NCBI GenBank assembly: GCA_000002445.1
Contig: CP000071.1
Span: 928,001-992,000 of the forward strand
Direction: 5' to 3'
Length of the DNA: 64,000 nt
Source: Trypanosoma brucei
Lineage: Eukaryota
Numbering within the stretch: the stretch's first letter is position 1; each line of letters begins with the position of its first letter. Positions 42,301-51,300 of the stretch are shown here, one piece after another. The notes under the pieces are model-generated. The model saw only the letters and a program-made list of their open reading frames with translations, was not told the origin of the DNA and searched no databases. The translations under genes and the position numbers were made by a program.

Positions 42301-45300
42301 AAGCGTACACTTCAGGTGGTAGAGCGTATGTTACCTATCGAACCATCGGAAGACCGTTTGGAAGAAAAGGTTTTCAAACTGGACGTGGTTGTCACGGTTG
42401 CGGATGACACCAGGCCCCACATTGAGCCTGTGCCGTCCGTTCGCAAGTTGAGCCACGACGTGAATGGTGTGTGCAAGGCCATTATCGGTATTGTGAAGAG
42501 CATTCCTCGCCTGGAGGAGTCACTGCAAGCTCGAGTTGCGCAAGACCAAACGGACGATGCTGATGCAGGCAAACGACAACCATTTCAGTACAGCAGCTCC
42601 AACACGGATTCTCTTGCTCTCCGTGGATCGTACTTTGAGTACATGACTAGCGAGCAGGATGCGATATACAGTCTCCGCCATGTGCGTGAGTCCTTTGATG
42701 CTATAGAAGAGAAAGTGCGGGATAAGTTGACTCAGACTTGGCAGTTACACCAGTCGGACACCACGGACAGTTTGTGGACAACACAGAAGCAGGTCCGCCG
42801 TATCAAGCAAGGTTGGAAGCTCGAAGATTATCGTATTCACATGGACCATGTGGCCCAGCGTCGTGAAGGAATCAACAAGCAGGAGACGTTCTCTGATGTC
42901 CTTTTCCTCCAACTAGATTTCACCAAGATGAAGGAGAGCTTCCGCAAACAGTGCCAACTTGTTATTACTCACTATCATAGCCTGTTGTATGCGGATGCCA
43001 AGTCCGAGGTCGATGCTATCTACAAGAACTTTGTTTTAACCATTCAGGCACTGACAAAGGAACCACAGTCCCTGGATGAACTTGGTGACCAAATTAAGAG
43101 ATGCGCCGCCGCCACAGAGGCACTGCCAGAAATTTCGGCCAAGTTTGGACCAATTGCCGATACCTTCGCCCTCATTACCCACGATATGTACAACTTCGGC
43201 AGCGTTAGACCCGAGGATGTTCGTCGCTGCGAGGGGCTTCAGGAAAAATTTGAGGTGTACTCGGAACAGCTTGTGAAGGCTCAGCAGCAGCTGGCAAAGT
43301 ACAAAGAACAGTTTCGGCACGATGTGGAGACGGATATACGAGCTCTGTCGTCAAATTCCTACGCACTTCGTCAGAAGGTCGCTGAGGAGGGACCGCGGTC
43401 ACACACACTTTCCACTGAAGATGCGTTCGCCAAACTCAGCTCGCTTGGGTTGCGTGCGAAAGAATTACGTACCATGGAGAGTAGGCTTCAACAAGGTATT
43501 GAGATCTTCAACCTAGAGAAACCTCAGTTGGATGACTTGGTGGCTGCGGAGAAGGAGTTGGAGATACTTCGCAAAATATGGAACCTGTGTGACGAGTGGC
43601 GGCGAGAAAATTCATTGTGGCGTACTATGTATTTTATTAAGCTTAACAGTGAAAGTATGTTGGATGTCTGCGAACGTATTCGTAAGGACACACTGAGGCT
43701 CCGGAATGAACTCCAGATGACAGATGTATGGGTGAATCTTAAAGAAGAGGTGGAGCTCATGAAACGGTTACTTCCCATTGTGGATGATCTTAGGACCCCT
43801 GCCATACGACCGCGTCACTGGGAGTTCCTCAAAGTACAGCTTGACGCCACGTTTAACATTGACGATGAGAGCTTCTGCTTGAATGACCTTATGGAGGCTC
43901 GTGTGGAGACGCAAGCAGAGTTCGTTGTTAACCTCGCTACGTCCGCGCGAGAGGAGATGAAAATTGAAACTGATCTTGAAAGAATCCGTACGTTCTGGGA
44001 GGATTCTGAGTTGATGATAGAACCATACCAAGGTTACCACAAAATATCCGGTGTAGACGACATTAACAATGCCTTAGCTGAACATCTTGCACAGTTGAGT
44101 TCTATGAAAATGTCACGGTTTGTAGACAGTTTTCGTCCAAAGGTGATTCAATGGGAGCAGACGCTGTCAATTGCAACAGATACAATAGAGGCTCTCCTCA
44201 CGGTGCAGACGAAGTGGATGTATCTGGAGAACATCTTTATTGGCAGCGACGATATTAAGCGGAAGCTAGCGGCTGAGTCAAAGAAGTTTGATGGCGTGCA
44301 TTCTCAGTGGCTGGCGATTATTACGCGATTTATTAACGATCCGAACGTGGTTCGCGGCACACGGCGTGATGGATTGATTGATCAGTTGCAGAACATGAAT
44401 AACAGTCTTGAATTTATCCAAAAGAGCTTGGAAGGCTTTCTTGAGGATCGCCGTCGTGTGTTCCCCCGCTTTTACTTTCTTTCCAACGACGACCTCCTTG
44501 AAATCCTTGGCCATACGAAAGATCCATCCAAGGTCCAACCACACTTACGTAAGTGCTTCGAAGGTCTTTACCAACTGTCACTTAAGACTGTCCGCCAGCG
44601 CACTGTTGCGGACGCAATGCTGTCGTCCGATGGCGAAACTGTCGCTTTTACTCCCGCTGTACAGGTGGGAGGGTTGCCGGTTGAGTCCTGGCTCCGTCGT
44701 GTAGAGGTGAAGATGCGTGAGATGATGCAAAAGCGAATCAACGCCACGGTTGATGACTTACAGAAGAGCGTTTTTGAGACTAAGAAATCGATTTCGCGTG
44801 ACAGTCTGAAAGCCTGGGCTGAGCGTAACGAAGGCCAAAGCATTATCACAGCTTCTTGCATCAACTGGACTTTGATGACAGAAAGTGCCATCACGGAGTA
44901 TGGCGAGCTTCACTCGGGTGGCTTAGGTTTACAACGTCGTAAGGCCTCCCCGCTGTACAAAGTGTATAAGCGATGGAAGGGGATGATTAAGAAATACTGC
45001 CAGCTCGTCCGTCAGCCACAGAACCGCGTTCAGCGCAGCAAATTGGTGGCGCTCATTACAATTGAGGTGCATTCTCGGGACATTTTGCGTCAGGTTCTTG
45101 CTGCGCGCGTCCACCAGGATGATGACTTTGAGTGGTCGAGGCAACTTCGTTTCTATAGGGAGGAGGATGAGTCAACTGATCGTCCACAAGAGGGTCACAA
45201 AATTTGTCTTGTTAGGCAAACTTCTGCAACGGTCCGCTATGACTATGAATACCTGGGAAACAGTGGGCGTCTCGTCGTCACTGGCCTCACAGACCGGGCA

Positions 45301-48300
45301 TACATGACACTGACAACCGCACTACAGTTGCACCGAGGAGGGCTTCCGCAGGGTCCTGCAGGAACAGGCAAGACGGAAACTGTGAAGGATCTTGGCAAAG
45401 CTATCGGCAAGTACGTCATGGTGTTCAACTGCTCTGATGGTCTAGATTACAAATCTGTTGGTCGGATGCTCAGTGGTATTGCGCAAACGGGTTCGTGGTC
45501 GTGCTTTGATGAGTTTAACCGTATTGAGGTGGAGGTGCTTTCTGTTGTGGCGCAGCAGATTCTGTCAATCCTCACAGCCGTTTCCGAGCGCAAAGATCAT
45601 TTCCTCTTCGAAGGTTCAGACATTCCACTCAACATGAACTGCGGTCTTTTCGTCACAATGAATCCGGGTTATGCGGGGCGGTCGGAACTCCCTGATAACC
45701 TTAAGGCGCTACTTCGTCCCATTTCCATGATGGTACCAGATTTCGCACTTATTTGCGAAATTACTTTGTTGTCAGAAGGCTTTGAGGAGTCAGAAACTTT
45801 ATCGAAAAAGGTTTCGATTTTGTATGAGCTCATGGAAAAGCAGCTCTCGAAGCAGGATCACTACGATTTCTCCCTCCGTAACATCAAGGCGGTGTTGGTT
45901 CAGGCAGGTAACCTGAAGCGTGAGGGATTCCCGGGGACGGAGTCTCAATTGTGCCTCAAGGCAATGAACGATATGAACCTTCCCAAATTTGTAAAGGATG
46001 ACGTGCCGCTGTTTGTTGGAATGCTGAATGACCTTTTCCCTGGTGTTGAACCCGGTGATAGTGGACTGGGTGCTCTCCAAGAAGCCGCTGAGAAAGAATT
46101 GGATGCAGAGGGACTTGAGGTTAACGCACATATAGTGGTAAAGACGCTGCAGTTGTGGGACACCCTTCGTACCCGCCATGGTGTGATGGTTGTTGGGCAA
46201 ACGGGATCGGGTAAGACGGTGACCTGGCGTAACCTTAGTGGTGCTCTACGGCTTCTGAAGGAGCAGAATCTGGAACCTGGGCTGTACGAGCCTGTTAGGG
46301 TGTCATTACTGAATCCCAAGTCTGTCACCATGGATGAGCTATACGGCAGTTACAACCAAGCTACACGTGAATGGAAGGACGGAATTCTTTCGGACCTCAT
46401 GCGGCAGATTTGCCGTGACATAACGGACACGGCATATAAGTGGATGTTATTCGATGGTCCGGTTGATACGTTGTGGATAGAGTCCATGAACACTGTTTTG
46501 GACGATAACAAGATGCTCACACTTAACTCGGGTGAACGTATTACCCTTAACTCAACCGTCCGAATGATGTTTGAGGTTCAGGATTTATCGCAGGCCTCGC
46601 CCGCAACCGTTTCTCGTTGTGGTATGGTTTACTTTAACGTTGAGGACCTCGGGTGGATGCCGTTCTTTAAGACGTGGTTGAAGTCACGTTGGAAGTTTGA
46701 AATCACGATGGGCGCGCCGAGGCCCGACGATACCATCAGCGAACTGCAGGAGTATGTGAAGAACACAGTTACGCGCGTTCTGGAGTACCGAGCCCATGAG
46801 TGTGTTGAGTTGGTTCCAACTACCACCTTAAACGTCGTCCGGTCTTTCACGCGTATGTTAGACGCGCTTGCGAGCGTGGATGCTGAACCGTTTGTTCCTG
46901 AAGCCGCGCACTACGCTACTTCTCACGCAGGTGAAAACTATCTTCCCCAGTTGCGGATTCTTGCGACGTTCTGCCTCATGTGGTCAGCCGGTGGTTCCCT
47001 CACGACAGAATCCAGACAGAAGCTTGATGCCTTCATTCGTGAACTGGACTCCTCCTTCCCGTCCACAGAGACTATTTTTGAGTACTTCCCCGACCTGGGT
47101 GGCCTGCAGTGGAAGAATTGGAATGAACACGTGGACCTTCAGAAAACGTATATGCCAGCCACCGGCACCCCATACCACAAGTTAATTGTCCCTACTGTGG
47201 ATACTGTGCGTTACGAGTATATTGTGAGTCAGCTTGTACGCAGCCAAGTACAGTTGGTGCTTGTTGGGACAACTGGTACTGGAAAGTCTCTCATCGCAAG
47301 GCAGGTGCTGGCTAACCTTAGTAACGATGTGTATGTCACGACCCAGCTGAACTTCTCTGCACAGACGACAGCAGGTAACGTTCAAGACATTATTGAAGGA
47401 CGCATGGAACACAAATCAAAGAAAGTTTGCTGTCCACCGGGTGGTCGCCGTATGATTTGCCTTGTAGAAGACTTGAACATGCCGGCCAAGGAAAAGTTCG
47501 GTGCTCAGCCACCACTGGAGTTGTTACGTCAATGGTTAGACAATGGTTACTGGTACGACAGGAACACACGAGGAAGGCGAACCGTCAACGACCTCCAGCT
47601 GCTTTGCTGTATGACGTATGGCCGGCCAGACATCACGCCGCGGCTAATGAGTAAACTCAATGTGTTCAACATTACGTTTCCTTCAGAATCCGTCATCACG
47701 AAGATTTTCACTTCGATTCTTATGTACCGCTTGGAGCCGTATCCTGAGCTGCATAAGCTCGTGAACTCTGTTGTGAAAGCAACTCTTCAGACCTATCAGA
47801 AGGTGTCAGCGGATTTGTTGCCAACTCCGAGTAAGTCGCATTATTTGTTCAACCTTCGTGATCTCAGTAAAGTCTTCCAAGGCATCTACGGTTGCCACAT
47901 GGAATACCTTCAATGTAAGGAGCATATGGTGGCATTGTGGGCCCACGAATGTTTCCGTGTGTTCTCCGATAGAATGAATGATCCAAATGACAAGGCGTGG
48001 TTCAAGAACCTCATTTGCGAGAAGTTGGCAGATATCTTTCAAACTAAGTGGAACAACATCATTCGTGCACGTTCGCGCGACTCCCGCAACCAGGCAGTGG
48101 ACGAGAAGGAGAACCCTCTGTTTGTTGACTTCTGGGATGGCGAGTATGACGAGATGGCAAAGTACCGCCTTGTCCCCTCATTAGAAGCCCTCCGCGACAA
48201 GGTGGAGGAATACCTCGATGCCTATAATAGTGAGCCCGGTGCGCGGCAGATGAATCTCGTCTTTTTCACGGACGCCCTTGAACATCTTTGCCGCATCCAC

Positions 48301-51300
48301 CGTATCGTACGTCAGCCACGAGGTAATGCGCTTCTAGTGGGGCTCGGCGGTAGCGGCAGATATTCGCTTACGCGACTCGCCACGTACCTCGCGGGGTACT
48401 CGATATTCTCCATTGAGACTCACAAGAAGTATGACTTGGATCGCTTCCACGAGGACCTTCGCTCGCTTTACAAGGGATGTGGGCTGAAGGGTCAGCAGAG
48501 GGTCTTTTACTTCTCCGACAATCAGATCATGCAACCGGCATTCTTGGAGGACCTCAACAACATGCTCTCGACGGGTGAAGTGCCAAATCTGTTTCCTAAG
48601 GACGAGTTGCAGAATATTCGTGACACAGTATGCAAGCAGGCGATCGCGAGCGGGTACCGTGACACACCAGACGAGATGTACAACTTCTTCATCGACCGAG
48701 CGCGGACGAACCTTCATCTCGTGGTAGCTATGTCCCCCGCTCACAAACTGTTCCGCGCGCGCCTGCGCCAATTCCCCGCGCTGGTGTCATGCACGTCGAT
48801 CGACTGGTTTGTGGAATGGCCCAGTGAAGCGCTTCGTGAGGTCGGCTTACGTTACCTTCAGGAAACGCGTGAAAATAAGGAGGATGACGAACACCTTGGC
48901 ATCATTTCAGACTTCTTCGTTTATATGCACTACACAACCAGCACACTTTCGCGGGAGATGTTGGAGCAGGTACACAGGTACAACTACGTAACGCCCTCTT
49001 CTTACCTTGACATGGTGCGTGGGTTCCGCAGAATGCTAACACAGAAGCGGGACGAAATAATTGAGCAACGTGATAAGCTGGCGAATGGTATGGCAAAGCT
49101 CGAGGAAACCAAGCTGGCGGTGAGCAAAATGACTGAGGAGCTCAAAGTGCAGGATGCCAAATTGCAGGAAAAAACGGAGGAGGTAAACCGTGCGACGGAG
49201 AGTATCAAGGTACAGCAACAGAACGCGGAGGAACAGCAGAGTTTGCTCGCATCAGAGAAGGTAAAGATAGAACAAACGAAACGATCTGCGTTGGCTGACC
49301 AGGCGGAGGCTCAGGCGGATCTGGATCGTGCTATGCCCACACTATTGGAGGCGCAGAATGCCCTTGACAAACTTGAGAAGAACGATATTAACGAAATAAA
49401 GTCGTACAAAACGCCCGCCGCGATGATTCGGACAGTGATGTACGCCGTGCAGACGACACTGCGACGGAAGCTAGAGTGGGACGAGGCCAAAAAGTCGCTA
49501 AGTGAGCCTAAGTTCATTGATATGCTGAAGCACTATCACGAGAACAATGATATGACGGACCAGCGCCTTCTGGATAAAATTGAAAAGTATGTTAAACGTC
49601 CGGATTTTACTCCCGCTGCAGCAAGTGCTGTGTCTAAGGCTGCTGGTGGTCTTTGCCAGTGGGTGATAGCAATTCATAAGTATGGTAACATTTATAAGGA
49701 GGTGCATCCCAAGATTGTCAAAAACGAAAATGCGCAGCAGAAAGTCCGGGCCCAGGAGGAGATGCTTCGGCAGAAGGAAGAAAAGTTACAAAGGATTATG
49801 AGTGAAGTCAAACAACTAGAGCTTGCTCTGCAGCAAAATGTAGATGAGAAGATGCGCCTGATGCAGGAGGCGAAGGAGACGCAGATGAAGCTCGACCGAG
49901 CACGTATTATTGTTGATGGTTTGGAAGGTGAACAGGACCGGTGGATTGAGTCAATTGCCCGTTACGAGGCTGCTCTCGGCACGCTCGTTGGGGATGCCCT
50001 GCTTGTTTGTGGTTTCTTGTGCTACGCTGGTGCTTTTACTGCGGACTATCGGCAAAAACTGTGGTTAAATTGGATTAAGGAGATTAAGCGGCTGCAAATT
50101 GCAATATCGAAAAATTTCGACTTCGTGGAATTTCTTGCCGATCCAACTGAAGTGCGTGACTGGCAGCAGGCTGGTCTTCCTGGCGACGACTTCAGCAAGG
50201 AGAACGGTGCGGTGGTGATGCGAGGAACCCGGTGGCCTCTTATGATTGATCCACAGTTGCAGGCGATTAAGTGGATCAAGCGAATGGAAAAAGATAAGGG
50301 TCTCAAGGTTATTGATCAGAAGCAGCCGGACTTTCACAAGACGGTGGAGTACGCCGTCCAATTCGGTTGCCCATTACTTCTGCAGGATATTCTTGAGGAA
50401 ATCGATCCTCTGCTTGACTCAGTGCTTTCCAAGGCGATCGTGCGCAAGGGGGCGAAGCCTATTTTGAAGATTGGTGACAACTACGTGGAATACAACGACA
50501 ACTTCAAGCTTTACATAACGACACGCCTGCCGAACCCTCACTATACGCCCGAGATATGCAGCAAGGTCTGCTTGCTCAACTTTGCTGTACGAGAAACTGG
50601 CTTGGAGGAGCAGCTGCTTAAGATTGTGGTAGAGAAGGAGAAGCCTGAACTGGAGCAAGACAACGAGCAGTTGATTCTCGACACCGCCGAAGCGAGGAAG
50701 GAGACAAAACGTCTGGAGGATGAAATCCTCAACCTGCTCTCTACTTCACAGGTGTCGTTGTTGGAAAATAAGAAGCTAGTGGATACTTTGCAGTCGGCGC
50801 GTGTTATTGCAGCGAACATTAAACAACAGTTAAAGGAGGCGGAAATTACCGCGGAGAAGATCCACAGTGCCCGCGAGCAGTACCGTGAATGTGCCCGCCG
50901 CGCCTCTATTCTGTTCTTTGCGCTTGCTGATCTGGGGTCTATCGATGCCATGTACCAGTTCGCTCTTGATTCGTATATCGTTTTGTTCCAGGGCAGCATT
51001 CAACGGTCCGCGCAAAAAATCGCCACCCACACCCTAGAAGAGCGTGTGCGAACGCTCAATGATTGGCACACCAGCGCCGTCTACGCGAACACATGCCGAG
51101 GGTTGTTTGAGAAACACAAGCTGCTCTTCACGTTTCACATGACGATCCGTATCTTGCAGGCTGAAGGTCTGGTGAATATTGAAGAATATGTCTTCTTGAT
51201 GCGCGGTGGTCAAGTTCTGGACAAGCAAGGACGTTTGCCGAACCCTGCACCTTCGTGGCTTTCTGAGCGAGCGTGGAGCCACATCCTTGAGTTGGACAAG